Positions 11,322-24,328 of a stretch of 38,081 bases of DNA are shown in pieces. The stretch spans positions 1 through 38,081 of the forward strand of contig JAHLWZ010000959.1 in NCBI GenBank assembly GCA_020536535.1, in the 5' to 3' direction. This DNA comes from Pelomyxa schiedti. Its lineage: Eukaryota > Protista > Evosea. Numbering within the stretch: the first letter of the stretch is position 1; each line of letters opens with the position of its first letter. The notes below the pieces were generated by a model that searched no databases, was not told the origin of the DNA, and saw nothing but the letters and a program-made list of their open reading frames with translations. A program made the translations under genes and the position numbers.

Positions 11322-13588
11322 ATGGCTGCAACCAACAGCAACACGAAGACGGTTCAGGAGTTCATAGACGAAGTGCTTCACAACAAACCCGAGGACAAGA
11401 GACGTGCATGGGCCAAGGTGTTTTCCGACGAGGAGTTTGATACTGTGTCAGATCTCATGGTTGCCAGCACCGCCTCGTGGGACGCACTCCACCTGCCACT
11501 GGCAGTAAAGGACGCCCTCAAGGCCGCCATTTGTGACCTCAAGTCTCCCGCTGCATCGGCTGCAACACCTACACCTACACCAATTACGACTGCACCCCCC
11601 ACTCCTACCGCTGTGGCGACTCCGGCTCCGTTGTGTTTGGCTCCAATTACTCCGAGTGTGTCAACTCCTGCAAAGAACTTGCCAATCTCGGCCCCGGCAA
11701 CAAGTGTGTGAACCGACATTATGCTTGTTTAATTTTTGGGTTTTTGAACTGTTAACATATCACTCGTAGGGAATGACACTAGGCCACTTACACAAATTGA
11801 AATGGTTGTTTTTGATATCAGCAGTTCGATGAACAGTTCTTCATTCGATCCCACACCTCCTCCCAAAACTCGCCTAGAACTGGCCAAGACTTTCTTTCAC
11901 ACTATGGTGGATAAGTTATCTGCCCTCGAGTTGGCTCACGCACTGGGGTTGGTTACTTTTGGGGAGCGAGTCTCTGTCACTGAATTCACAAGAGAGTAAG
12001 TCACACTTCTCAATAGATTATAACATAACTCTGACTCTTCCTGGCAGATACGAAAGATTCCAAGACACACTGGGAAATGCCGAAGCAAACGAAAATGCTA
12101 CCAAGTTGTATGATGCCATCATGACAGGTAATGTTGACCCCTGTGTCACTTTCAAACTGACGATATCTAAAGGTGCCAAAAAGATTCTGGCCTACGCACA
12201 AAAAAATCGTGCCAATTTAGCAACTGGAGATGACGAATGTAAACTCCGACTTTTCTGCCTCACAGGTCTGCTGCTCTTTTTCTTTTCGAAAAACTAACCT
12301 CTGGAAACTAGATGGGGAAGATAATGCTAGTACAACTCCCTATTGGCGTGTTGCCCAATTCCTGCAACAGAACCATATTATACTTGATGCCTTTCCTCTA
12401 GCTAGTATGAATAAAAACCTACAACAAATGACTGAAGCTACTGGTGGCCTATGCTTGAAAGTTCTTCACACAGTTTACGCAATTTCCTATGTAATGGGCA
12501 ATGAAGGTTGTGGACGTTGAAAGAGGAGTTGGGTTATTCGAGCGGGAAGCTGTTCTTCATGTCAATTCCCGAGAAAAACCAACTTCAACCCCCACACCCA
12601 TAACCGGTGAAAAATCTATGTCTGCTTTCACTGCCTCAGCTGCTAAATTGGTTTCTTCTGAGAACACTTACTCTTTTCTTAGTATAATTCCGATTCACAG
12701 GTTGAAGATGTAAAAGCTGCCGTGCCACAGGCTGTTTTCAAGCCTGTTGCAACTCACCAGGATATTCAACAACAAGCCGCTTCTACAAGTACTAGTGCTC
12801 CGACAAAGCGACTTCTCACTGAATATGAGTAAGCACTTTCTCTTTTTTTGCTGGTAATTATCTTATTACTCCTCAAGGCGGTTACAACGAACTCCCAGTC
12901 CTCTATGGCGATATTATATGACTGCAGACAATTTGTCCTTCTGGAAAGTCATCATGGAAGGTTAGTTGTTGCTAATTAAATTCCAAGTGAGTGTTCACCT
13001 GCACCAGGACCTCCTGGCACAGATTACGCTGGGGGATTTTGGCTGCTTTCTTTCACGTACTCTTTGTCTTCAATATTAGTCTCGTAACCACCGTCTAGGT
13101 TCCCCCCTGATTATCCGTTCCGGGTACCTTTTTTTTGTGTATTTCAATCATTCACATCTAACTCTGTTGAAGGCTCCCACCGTGAAATTTGTCACTCCCA
13201 TATATCATATCAACATCACTAATGACGGTAAAATATGCCTGGATATAATCATGTCTGGCTGGGGCCCTAATGTAACAGTGGCAACAGGTTCTCTTACCTT
13301 TTGCTTCCACGTTCCATTCACTCTCCTGCCCGTGCAGTTTGCCAGCAAATCACGGAACTCTTGGAAACGCCTAATACAGCAGACCCCCTGGATCCCGTGA
13401 AGGCCTATTTGTACAAAGACAACCGAGCGCAGTACAAGTTAGAGACCAGGGCACACACTGCCGCCCATGCTGCCTCCAGCCTAGAAGATCTCAAGAGGCA
13501 ATATGCCATAGCCAGTGACCCAACAACACCAACACCCACACCATCGACAACTACAGCCCCACCCTCCTCCACTCCCTCCAAATCCTAA
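11322..13588 (+). CDS. SAM-like + von Willebrand A + ubiquitin-conjugating (E2) domain fusion protein, multi-exon
   Basis: N-terminal WAKVFSDEEFDTVSDL...LHLPLAVKDAL (SAM-like). vWA MIDAS VFDISSSM, TKLYDAI, LTDGEDN. E2 domain KRLLTEY...WKVIMEGPPGTDYAGG...[34 protein letters not shown] with Cys at 13236-13238. Exons join in frame via GT-AG introns. Confidence 0.88.
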
Positions 13589-13763
13589 CAACCTTCACAA
13601 GACAACCTACCTACCCATACCTGTATCCTGTGCCACTAAAACAACCCAAAAAAAAAGTAAGGAACATCAATCTTTACGAAATGCTTTGCGCACAATTTAC
13701 GCCGAACAGCCAACAACAAGGCACTGAGGGCCGGGAGGTCAGGAGTGGGATTGTGGGATCGTG

Positions 13764-15703
13764 ATGGGGGCAGGCGAGACGAAGATAGCATTGGCCTATG
13801 GTGCTACGAATTTCGCCAATGCTGCGATGCAACAACTATTTGTGACTTATTACATTGATGTGTTCATGAATATAAACGGGGTGTGTGGCAACTTGCTTCC
13901 TTTTCGAATTTTAACAATTTGTTTGGAGTAGGTTACATCCGGATGGTTTTTCTTTGGAGAGTTGGTTTTTTTACTATGGAACTCCATAGATGACGTTTTG
14001 TTTGGGTGGATAATAGACACGTGTTATTCATCACATTCTTATGACAGGCACAGAACATCGATTATATATGTATTTCTTATACGTTTTAAATAAATTGTGG
14101 TTTTGAGAGGAAAGCTCTTCTCCCTTCTCCACTAAGACCCATTTAGGGAGGTTTCCTCTGGTCAGTGTCATTTGTTGTTCTATTTTACCCGGACTTCGAT
14201 GTGGACAGCTCTCCAATAGTGACTGGCCTACATTTTGCACTGAGCCTATGCTTTTATGATGGATGTCTAAGCTGGGTAATGGTGTCACACAGTGCCTTAC
14301 TTGCAGACATCACCTACAAGTATTTTTCTCCTCCCGCAATATTTAGCTCTTATTTTATAGCACAAAGCAACGAGCTAAGTGTAATATGTTTTCTGCACTG
14401 ATGTCTTCCATTGGTTGTTTTTCCGTGTTCTTTGGTCGTCTGTATTGGGACAGTTCCGAACTTGACTCATTTAGACGGTTCCTTCTCATTGATTCCCTAT
14501 GGCTAGTCTCACTGTTGCCAGATATTGTGCTGTTTTAGCAATCATTTCTGCCTTTGGGTTCCAATTTACAGCTCATAATATAGCAAAATTTCCTAGACCA
14601 AGAGCAGATGAAGAACTTGGCGAAAAAGGTTTGCTGGCACCTTTCCATCTTATACTTATTGTTTGAAGAAAACGTTGTTTTCTCACAAGTTATTTCATTG
14701 AGGACATTTTTGGTACACATTTCTTCTGTGAGTAACTCTTACTTTTATCAGTCGAATTTTTCACACTTATAGCAATGGAATTTAATTCTTTGGATGGGTG
14801 TGAGCACAATTCAAGTGTTCAACTGTCACTTTAATTCGAACTTCTTTTCTATTTTTATCAAATACTTCATGGGAAATGACTATGTTCTTTTCCAAAGGTT
14901 ATTCTCTTAAAATTATCTTCCCCTTAGTTTTTACAATTCACTCAGTGTATGTATTTTCCTATCGAGCATTTGCCCTCATTTTGTGGTATTACGGTCTTCC
15001 CATCTCCTCTGTGTAATCTACTGTAAGGTCATGGCTTTATCACCACTCGTTGCAACCTATGGTGTATACCCAGTTATAAAAGGACTGATAGTATGAATCC
15101 TCAAATTAATTAGCAGTGTAACATACCAAGATATGTAAAATTACTCTAGCTGTGTTAGCTCTAAGCTTGGAAATCGCTTGGCTTTCTTGGACGTTTATTC
15201 CATTATACCTTCTCTTGAACAAGGTATACCATACCCCACTAGTCACAATCATTCTATTCCACTTCGTTCGTTTATTTACTCCGTTCCCTCTTACCTAGGT
15301 ATTTAATGAAGCCCTATGCCGGCATGGTAACATTGTTGTTGCCAATTTGGTAGACGAAGATGCCGTTCGTTACAACAGAAAAACGAGCGTATCTGCCATG
15401 ATGTTTGGTGTGGTAGCGTTTGTGACCAAACCAGGACAATCACTGGCACCAATGTTTACTTGGGCATTACTTAATGACAATTTAACTGGTAAATATTAAT
15501 ATTCTGGGTTATTAACTCTTTTTGGCTAACCAGAAAAACCACTAGAACCGCAATCTGAATCCGGCCCTACTATTGTGTTCTTGATTACTGTTGTGCCACT
15601 TGTTTGTGGGTTGTTGCAGTTGCTTCTGTGGTTACGATTTACCCTGAAGGGTTCTGTGCTCAGTTCTATTCAACAACAAAGAATTGCACTCGAATGTGAA
15701 TGA
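13764..15703 (+). CDS. MFSD13A: MFS-type membrane protein, MFSD13A/TMEM180-like, multi-exon
   Basis: LFVTYYIDVF...WFFFGELVFLLWNSIDDVLFGWIID; LSLCFYDG; HSALLADI; QVFNCHFNSNFF; LVDEDAV...SAMMFGVVAFVTKPGQSLAP; ends FTLKGSVLSSIQQQRIALECE*. Confidence 0.85.
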
Positions 15704-15790
15704 TTTTTGGAAAGAGAAAAATTCTGGTTTTTTTTTGGAAGGAACTGGTTTTTACATAGTGTTTTGGTACAGTATGTAGGTAGTTGCACG

Positions 15791-16731
15791 TCATGGGGCT
15801 TCACCTGCAGCAGGAATTATGTTGAGTTGCGGCCATTTGTTAAGTTCTGCTAACGCCAAATAGAGGGCGGTGACACCCACAGTGATGCCAAAGTAACCTG
15901 CAATTCTCAGCATAACATCACCAGCCCCAGTTGCTCTATGGAAAGAAAACGGGTAAGTGTAAGAGGAGGGTGTATTTTTATGTAGGAGATGGAAGATAAC
16001 ATGTTTTGGTTAAATAAGAAGAAGAGGAGGATTCACACTTGACTTGGGTCAGAAGTGATGCAATGGCGAGTAAAAAGTACAAAATAGCAAGGGATACAAA
16101 GAGCCACTGGGATACAAGACTTTTTCTGAGCATTCCCAACCACAGCCCAACGGTGACCAGGCCCCATAAAAATAAAAATAGAGATGAAGTTCCAGCATCA
16201 GCTGGTGGTGCAGCCCCCCGACCTGCAACTATATCCGCGGTCCCGAGTGTCAACCAAAACAATCCATAGAGTCCAAATGCAGTAGCACCATGAGTGTCTC
16301 CACTAATCCACACCAATACACCAGCCAAAAACTAGAAAATGTAGGTCAGAAACATGCTGATGCAACGAGAAACTGACAAATACTCGGCATTATAATTGGA
16401 TAACGCGAATCATAAACCACAGTTTCAATCCATTCAATCCATGACTTCAACTACTTAGAGTCCTCGTACTATAACATTAAATGCCAAAACAATCCTAATA
16501 ATAGTGTAACATCAAATACCGAAACAAATACTAAAACAATACTACTAATAATAGTGGATGAACCTGAATGAGGCCACCAAAGAATAAAGCCAGGCTGAGG
16601 ACGATGGCAGCGGACGACGATCTGTTAATTACAGCGGCGTTGGAGAACGACAGCACCAGCGTGGATACAGAAAACCCAAAAAGACCGAGCGGCTTCACGT
16701 CCCCCAGGTGTCGCTGGTACTCCTGCACCAT
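15791..16731 (-). CDS. GPR1/FUN34/YaaH (SatP/Ady2) family acetate transporter, 3 exons
   Basis: PLGLFGFSVSTLVLS...FFGGLIQ|FLAGVL...GDTHGATAFGLYGLFWL...LFLWGLVT...IAGYFGITVGVTALYLALAELN. Six hydrophobic segments. Confidence 0.9.
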
Positions 16732-16893
16732 CCCACAATTTCCTCGTCGATCACCCAGGCCCCTCACTATGTCATTCTTCGTCAATTGGCGGTTTGACGT
16801 GTCTGCAGGGCACTACGGCCCATCAAAATTACGACGAAATCTTCACAAGTTGGGGCAGAATTTCCAGAGCGTGCTACGAAAAGTGCAATAAAA

Positions 16894-19800
16894 ATGTGGG
16901 ACAACAACCCGCAGGACCAGCGATCGGGGTGCGACACCGGAGATGCGACACTAAGATCTACGTCAAAACAAGGGGGCCCTAGGGCGGTTGTGGATAGTAG
17001 AGGGGCTGTTGTTACTCTTGAGGACGTCAGTGTAATGCTCGAAGAGGAGGGGGTTGGTCGTTTGTTGGACCCAAGGGCTGGCGTCTTGCAAGCATTCTTC
17101 CCCTGCAGAAACTTTACGTGGGTTTTTTTTTTTCCGTCTTCCAGTTCCCTCATTCTTCTTCAGTGTAGCACTTAGAGTAACACAACCGAGCCCGCAATTT
17201 ATGCTTTTCGTTGTACCAAGTATTGCATTTGCCAACAACACACCTAGAATCGAGACGGTAAGTCCCATTTCCATTCTCCCAAAACTGAGGTCAATTGAAC
17301 AGCACTTAGACAAATTCATAATCCCTTCTCGTAGGTTTCACGTGGGTTATTGCAATTGAATAGTCAAGTGCTGGGTGTTGGTGCTTTTGCATGTGATATT
17401 ACATCAGGCGAAATTACTTTCTCCTATGGCCTTGACGTTGGTGCTGTGGAGATAGTTGTGAGTGGTGTTGGTGGGGGGCCTGAGACCACCCATTCACACA
17501 CATCAGCACTCTCTCCCAAGGCAGCCATGCTGCAGCACATATCTGCAACTGTGAGACGTCTTGTTGATACTGTGAATCATGTTAGTCTCTTCTTTTTATT
17601 ATTACGTGCTTTACTTATGCACTCAACAGTATTATCCAGTTATCATGAAGCTCTTGTGGACAGATGACCCTCTGGCATCCCTCATCAACTTGACTCCCCC
17701 ACCATCACCTTTTCATTTCTCCCGCTCATCAGAACACGTGAAGTCATCACCTCTTGGGGTGTCTACAGTTTCATCCCCTTCCACTAATTCACATGCAGAA
17801 CCTTTTAATAAGGTGTGGGAATTCGTGTGGTTTTTTTTATTGTCCTGCTTTCTAATTGGTCACATTAGGTTTCCCTCTTCACACCCTTACGATTTCCAGT
17901 TCCTCCCAAACCAAACCCTATACCCTCACTACCCCATCCCACTACAACCCAACCGGTTCCACCACAAGCACCAAAAACACCTGTTGTTAATTTAGTACAA
18001 CAGGTGGAAGATAATATCCAACAACATCCCCAACATTGCAGCTCTACACGTCAACCTGTAAGTGAACAACAAACAGAAAGAAAAATCAACCAAGAAAACA
18101 TTTTACCAGTGCATGCCAAAAAAAATGAACAGACACCAAAGCAAGAAAAAAACCTACAAACCACGTCATCTTCACAGCAGTTGCCACAGCAAGACTCCAC
18201 ACCAATGCAAACAGAAGTACAAACAGAACAGACTACTCAACACCTATCAGCAAGTGAAATTGTGGGTAGGTGTGTGCTTGGAGGAGGGCCCACATGGATG
18301 TGGGGGAAGCAAGGCTGTAAGTCTTCTGGTGTTGTTCTTAAAGTTCACAGCCCTGGATGGGTAAAGGTACTATGGAACACAGGTCAGTGCTGTTCTATCT
18401 TGATTAAGTTTTTAATATTCTTAGGTGAAGAAAATGTTTACAGATGGGGAAACGGCAAATATGACTTAGTTTTACTGTCTGAAGTTCCAACATCAGCCTG
18501 TATGTGAAGTCTGTATAGGTCTTTAGCAAGAGATCAAACAACCAAATAAAAATGAATAAATAAAAACAGCCACAAATACCCCCCAATACAGAAAAATAAA
18601 CCAAGAAAAAGGTATGAAAGGGCCTCTTGGATATCCTCTCGCCTACCTCAATACACCTCCGCTCGGGCTCATTGGCAAAAAAGTGAAACGGGGTCCAAAT
18701 TGGCAATGGGGTATTTCCTACAACACTTTTAGCTCTCTTCTCACATAAAAAGGAAATCAGGGAGAAGGTTATGGAATTGTAACTGCAATGACAAAAACAG
18801 ATGGATGGGTCAAGGTAACAAAGCCACAAATCAATGTCAGTGTTAATCAGTGATGTAGGTGAAATGGTCCAACGGACAAGAAAATCGATACCGTTGGGGA
18901 GCCTCGGGTGCTTATGATATCATTCCGGTTGACGGCGGTACGTCTTTGCCCAATAACGTTCTTTATTATAACTAACCCGTCCTAGAGGGAAATCCTCTTA
19001 GCAGTGAGCTTTCCCCTCCTCCACCTTCAAAGAAAATTCTATTAGAACGTGTAAGAGGTCACGGTCCCAGTTGGAAATGGGGTGTGTATTTCATCACTAT
19101 TTACCTTACACTGACTTACGGATTAATCTCAGGAACTCAGGGTGGAGGTGGAGGTGGGTATGTTGTGAAACTTGATGAATCAGGCTGGGTAAGAGTAGCA
19201 TGGGATGAGTGAGTAACGCATAGTTTTCGTTCTTTTGCGACCACTTCTCACACTTTTCTATGCAGTGGGACATCCAATCTTTATAGGTGGGGAGGCAGAC
19301 ACTTCGACCTTATTTTGATAGAAGGTATCTTTCTTTTGTGTGACTCACTCTAATTCTCACGCAGAAGAAAGAAAAGTGGCAGTAAAAGAAGCTCACGCGT
19401 TTCTTTGCATCACACATTCAAGACTTGGTTTATTTCATTATCTCGGATCTCGCTAACTTCAAATAGGGCAACATTCTTCTCTAGCTAAACTAGCTCCCAG
19501 TACTTCTCAACATATTGTGATGCTTATTATGAGTTTTGTAATGCCACCTCCTGATGACTTGCCTATTCCATCCTATGGTGGGTTATACTGCCATCAAATT
19601 CCTTTCAATTACCAACAGACAGACCAGTGGAAGCATATTGGCATTACCTGCACATTTTGTTCTCTAAACGGAAATGCAACTACATCTGGAGCTTCCACAA
19701 ATTCAAGTGCCAGTACCGTTGGTATTTGGGAGAGTGCTTCTTGGGGAAGTGGGTTGATACTGGGTGCAACTCCAACAAATTCTACATCTGGTGGTGCTGC

Positions 19801-21561
19801 AAGTGGAGCATCTCCAACCCCCAACGATATATCTGGAATTCGCTTCAAGTTGGTGGAATTATATTGTCCTCTCCTCTTACATTTCTTCAGATGCACAGAA
19901 TGTTCGGTAGAATGCAATCTGTGTTTGTCTTGTTTTAGAGAGCACCGCGAAAGTGCTGTACACAAATCTACTCATCCAGTCATACCTGTACCAGCACCCC
20001 CACCAGCCGGTGTGTCCATGAATCTTTTCTTTCCTCTCTTTAACTGAACTATGAAATTTAGGTAGTGTCAAAAGTTTGTTTGGCATGCTGCTTTCAATTA
20101 TCACAAACCCTGATACAGAGCCAAAGGAATTTAAACGCTTGGCTGCTGTCATATCACGGAATAAGTGGGTAACCTGTTGCATGGATGGATTGGGGCGAAC
20201 TTTGCAAGACTGGGCCCAAGGGTGCCAACGTGTTCCCCAAAAGTTGAAAGTGAAGTTAGAGCCAGTGAATCCACCTAGAACAGCTTTGCATACTGCTGTT
20301 TTATTTGATGACCTAGATGCAGTTCAGGTATTCCAAGTTATTATACCAGTCCTTTTACCTTCTTCTGCTTGTGGGAAACAGGCAGCGCTAGTTGAAGGGT
20401 ATGTGGATGAACGGGACGGAAATGGCTTCACAGCACTTCACTATGCAGAAATAAGAAGAAATACTGCGCTACGTGACTTGCTAATACAACACAAAGCTGA
20501 CCCCAGCATTGTGCCACCAAAAAAGTACAGGTTTAGTCTTTGTGCACAACTCACAAAAAGTGCAGACACCCAGATTATGAAGCTTGGGTAAGAGTGGTCG
20601 ATCTAGATCTTTTTCGGTTGTCTTCTGAATCAACACCAATAACACCAACCCCAACATCAAAATCACTCACTCCACAAGCACCAGGAGGAATGTGGGGTTT
20701 TGGCCGAGGTATGGGAGGTGGAACTGCCCAAGTTAGTGGTGGACTTGGTTCATTGGGGGGAATAGCAAGTCTGACTGGCCCAGTGCTGCGGATTGGTGGG
20801 GGAGTTGGAACAGGCACACTTTCAGCCAAGCTAGGTAGTTCCGCAAGCAGCTCAAAATCACATGCAAAGTACCTGGTAGGGAAGAAAGTTAAACGAGGAC
20901 CTGACTGGATGTGGGGTAGTCTACTGGACAATGAAACCAAGACTAATAACTGAAATTAGGGGACCAAGGAAGAGGAACTCAAGGAACTATCACCAAAGTC
21001 ATCGGGCAAGGTTGGGTCAAAGTAATATGGGACAATGGCGACCGCAACCAGTACAGATTTGGCTTCAACAACGCACATGATGTTATACTTGTTACGCCAC
21101 CCCCATCCACACGACCTGAGTCACCAGGCTCGCCGACTTTGACGCAGCTCCTCTCTCCAACAGCCCCATTGTCTCCCAGCTATGCACCTAGTTCTCCATT
21201 AAGGACATCAGCCTCGGAAATTGTTCCTCCTCCAAAGGACTCAGAGGAGTGGGAGTGGCCACCACCATCCCCACCGCGCACTGCCGAAGCAGGCACGTTG
21301 GCACCTCCTGCATCAAGTACCACCACCACCACAACCACCCCGCCAACAGCTTCCAGTACCGCCGCACCCACTACAACCGCCACAATTACATCCATCACCG
21401 CATCACTCGCAACACCCAACCAACTAGCCATTACGATAGCGGGGAGTCAATCACATACCATCACTCCCACAACCCCACTTCTCCGCACACCCACCACAAC
21501 ATCCCAGTCTCCAACATCACCTCTGGCCATGGAGACCACTCCGCCCAAAAAAAGAACGTAG
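16894..21561 (+). CDS. Large multi-exon protein with four MIB_HERC2 domains, a ZZ zinc finger and ankyrin repeats
   Basis: Four G(P)xWxWGxQG...GWVxVxWxxG..NxYR(W/F)G...YD units at ~18260-18480, 18670-18930, 19045-19320 and 20875-21090. ZZ: HIGITCTFC...ISGIRFKCTEC...NLCLSCF...H...H. Ankyrins: RTALHTAV and GFTALHYA. Full continuity of the 5' exons not verified. Confidence 0.8.
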
Positions 21562-21682
21562 AACAATTTTATTCCACTATTCAACTAGAGTCCACGTGGT
21601 TTTTCTCCAAATTTCCCTTTTTTGCTCTTTCAAAACAGAAAGGACGGTGAACGAAAAAAGTCAAAAAAAAAAAAGCTGTCAG

Positions 21683-22369
21683 ATGATGACCCGAGTGCGA
21701 GTTGTAGCGTGTTTGGTCGCGGCGTTGTTTGTGACATCGGTGTGGTGCAGAAAGGGCATCCTAGAGTTGGACTCGACGAATTTTGACAAGTTGGTTGGGA
21801 CTGAGGGCAAGAACTTCCTCGTGGCGTTCGTGGAGTTCTCGTGGAAGGACCCGAGCGAGTACGACAAGGTCGCCGAGGAGTTCACAGCGAGCCCCGACGC
21901 CGTGGTGGCCAAGGTGGACTGCTCGGACGCGAAGGAGCTCAAGCAGCGGTACGACGTGGAGGCGTACCCAACCGTGATGTGCTTCGCAGCCGGGAGCAAG
22001 GTCCCGCAGAGGTTCGATGGCGATGCCGGGGACTCGGCGTCTGTTGTGGACTTCTTCAGGGGGTGCATGGACCCGCAAGTTGCGGAGCTCAAGGGCATCG
22101 CGGCGGCGTTCTTGGGCAGCGAGGACAAGGCAGCAGAGGTGGCGAGGGCCGAGGGAATTGTGGGAAGGCTCGGGGCTGAGAGCGAGGGGGCGAGGTACGG
22201 CAGATACGTGCTTGGAAACATGAGGAAAATTGCCGAGAAGGGTGCTGCGTTTGTCGAGTCTGAGAAGGCGAGGCTGCAGGCACTAATTGACAACAAATCT
22301 ACGGCCCAGGAGAAGCAAAAGGAGTTCAAAATGCGAGTAGGAATCCTAGATCTGTTCACTGCCAAGTAA
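21683..22369 (+). CDS. ERp29/PDI-D-like ER protein (redox-inactive thioredoxin fold + ERp29 C-terminal helical domain), intronless
   Basis: Signal peptide; LELDSTNFDKLV, VVAKVDC, YDVEAYPTV thioredoxin motifs; C-terminal YVLGNMRKIAEKGAAFVESEKARLQALI...EFKMRVGILDLF. No CxxC. Confidence 0.88.
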   Translation: MMTRVRVVACLVAALFVTSVWCRKGILELDSTNFDKLVGTEGKNFLVAFVEFSWKDPSEYDKVAEEFTASPDAVVAKVDCSDAKELKQRYDVEAYPTVMCFAAGSKVPQRFDGDAGDSASVVDFFRGCMDPQVAELKGIAAAFLGSEDKAAEVARAEGIVGRLGAESEGARYGRYVLGNMRKIAEKGAAFVESEKARLQALIDNKSTAQEKQKEFKMRVGILDLFTAK

Positions 22370-22521
22370 AACCAACGAGCCGTATCCCAGACTAAAGAGC
22401 GGCACTAACACCACACCCAAAACAAGAAGGGAAAAATAAAGGTTTTCATCTTTCGAGAAATCCAAAAGCAAACAAATCAAAAATTTTGATCCTCAGGACC
22501 GTCAACGCCTCAGGACCCACA

Positions 22522-24328
22522 ATGTCCGCCGCTAGCCACCAATATTCCCACGGTAAGTGCCGTCTTCTCGAAACCCACAATCCCCATCAGATCTCCTGCA
22601 TCGTTTTTTTTTTTTTTTGTCGATTGGGAAAATGTTAATGACTGAGGCAGCGCCCGTCGAGCAGCAACAGACGATGCAGACTGTAGTACTGCAACAAGCA
22701 CCACAATCAGTTCAGCAACAACCAAATCAAAGAATGCAAATGGCCATGCTCTTGTCACAACAGATGAGCCCAGTCCAACTCCAACAACAACAGCCCCAAC
22801 TACCCGAAGTCGGCGTCCCACAATCGGCTCTACCGCACCAGCCGCAGCAACAACAAATTCAACCCACTCCCATGCAATCCGACCCCGCACCACAGCAATC
22901 CAACGTCACAAATGCAACTGCAACCCCAACGGAAACCCAACAACAACAACAACAACAAACACAACCAGTTCCCACAACATCATCACAATCAACATCAGCA
23001 CCCAATCCATCAGAGACAACACAACAAACACAAACCACTGGTTCTAGTACCCCACAGCCACAAGCACAAGCACAGCCACAGGCCCCCCCGCCCCCGCCGC
23101 CACCCCCTCTTGTTGAGCCTGTGTTTACTTTTCCTCTGGGACTGTCTGTTCAGGTTTCACTGGTGTGCAGGGACCCGCCAAAGTCCGAAATGGTGCCGTC
23201 CACTGGGAGCACCCTCAACTCCCTGGCCACTTCTATGATGCTGTGCTCGTCTAGCAACGTGCTGCAATTGATAAACTGCGTGAACGCCTTGACTTTAGCA
23301 GCGTCTGCAGCCGCGGGGCCTGAGGGCGAGAGCGATTCTGAGACTAATTCTGATGATGGTGGGCCTGACGATGAGGATGCCCAGGGAATGCACGTCCAGC
23401 AGAAACCCGGTGAAGAGGCAGCAGAACCTAATTCGGTGAGTGAACTCTATTCTACTTATTGCGGCTTTTTAAGCCACCTTTGCTTCCGCTACTTTCCAGC
23501 TATAATAATATTCCAACATTATTCCACTTACACATAGTGATACAACAACAGAAAAAGAGGAAGAAGCAATCAACAAGTGGAACATCTGCTACTTCTGCGG
23601 GACCTGCTGGTTCTGGATCAGTGAGTGGGGTGAAGGCAAAATCATTGATAAACAGGAAGAAATTGCTTACGCCGTACCTCATGTTTGCAAACAGCGTGAG
23701 GTCTTCTGTTAGAGAGGACTTAAAGAGATCAAATCCCTTGGCCAAGGAGTCTGAGGTTTTGAGTGCCGTTGCCGCTAGATGGAGGAGTTTGAGTGATACT
23801 GATCGCGAGGTACTCCTACATTACTCCTTTACGTTTTCACTCAATTGAAAAATATAGCCGTGGAGAGAAAAAGCTCAGAAAGACAGAATGCGTATTCTCA
23901 ATGAGGAAGAACCACATAAACCAACTTCTCCCAAAAACCCCGCATCCCCAACGGCTACGTCGACCCCTGCAGCAGTCCAATCAACTCCTACCCAGCCGGC
24001 AGGTAAACACCGGCGTGGGGGCAGGAAGGCGAAACATGCAGATACCACGGAGGAAGACAAGCAAATGAAGGATGCAGAAACCCAAACCGAGTATGAAGCA
24101 TCACTATTCACTTTTCACCTTTTAATACCGTCTCCCTCTCTATGTTTCTTTGGAACATGCAGTCCTGAAATCACGAGGTGCCTGTGTTCCTCTATCTCTA
24201 TTCCAATGGTCCTACCACCTGAGCATCAGCAACAAGTCCAGCAACAGGTTCAACAACAGCTGCAGCAAGTTCAGCAACAACAAATGTTCCCTCCACAGAA
24301 CCCAATTCCATCATCACAAGTACCCTGA
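22522..24328 (+). CDS. Glutamine-rich HMG-box protein, multi-exon
   Basis: Exon 1 (MSAASHQYSH, gtaagt donor) splices in frame to a Q/P/T-rich exon. HMG box KKLLTPYLMFANSVRSSV...SEVLSAVAARWRSLSDTDRE|PWREKAQKDRMR. 3' exon structure uncertain. Confidence 0.8.

Noticed and set aside
21679-22365. 228-aa antisense ORF
   Set aside because: Shadow of the GC3-rich ERp29-like gene.
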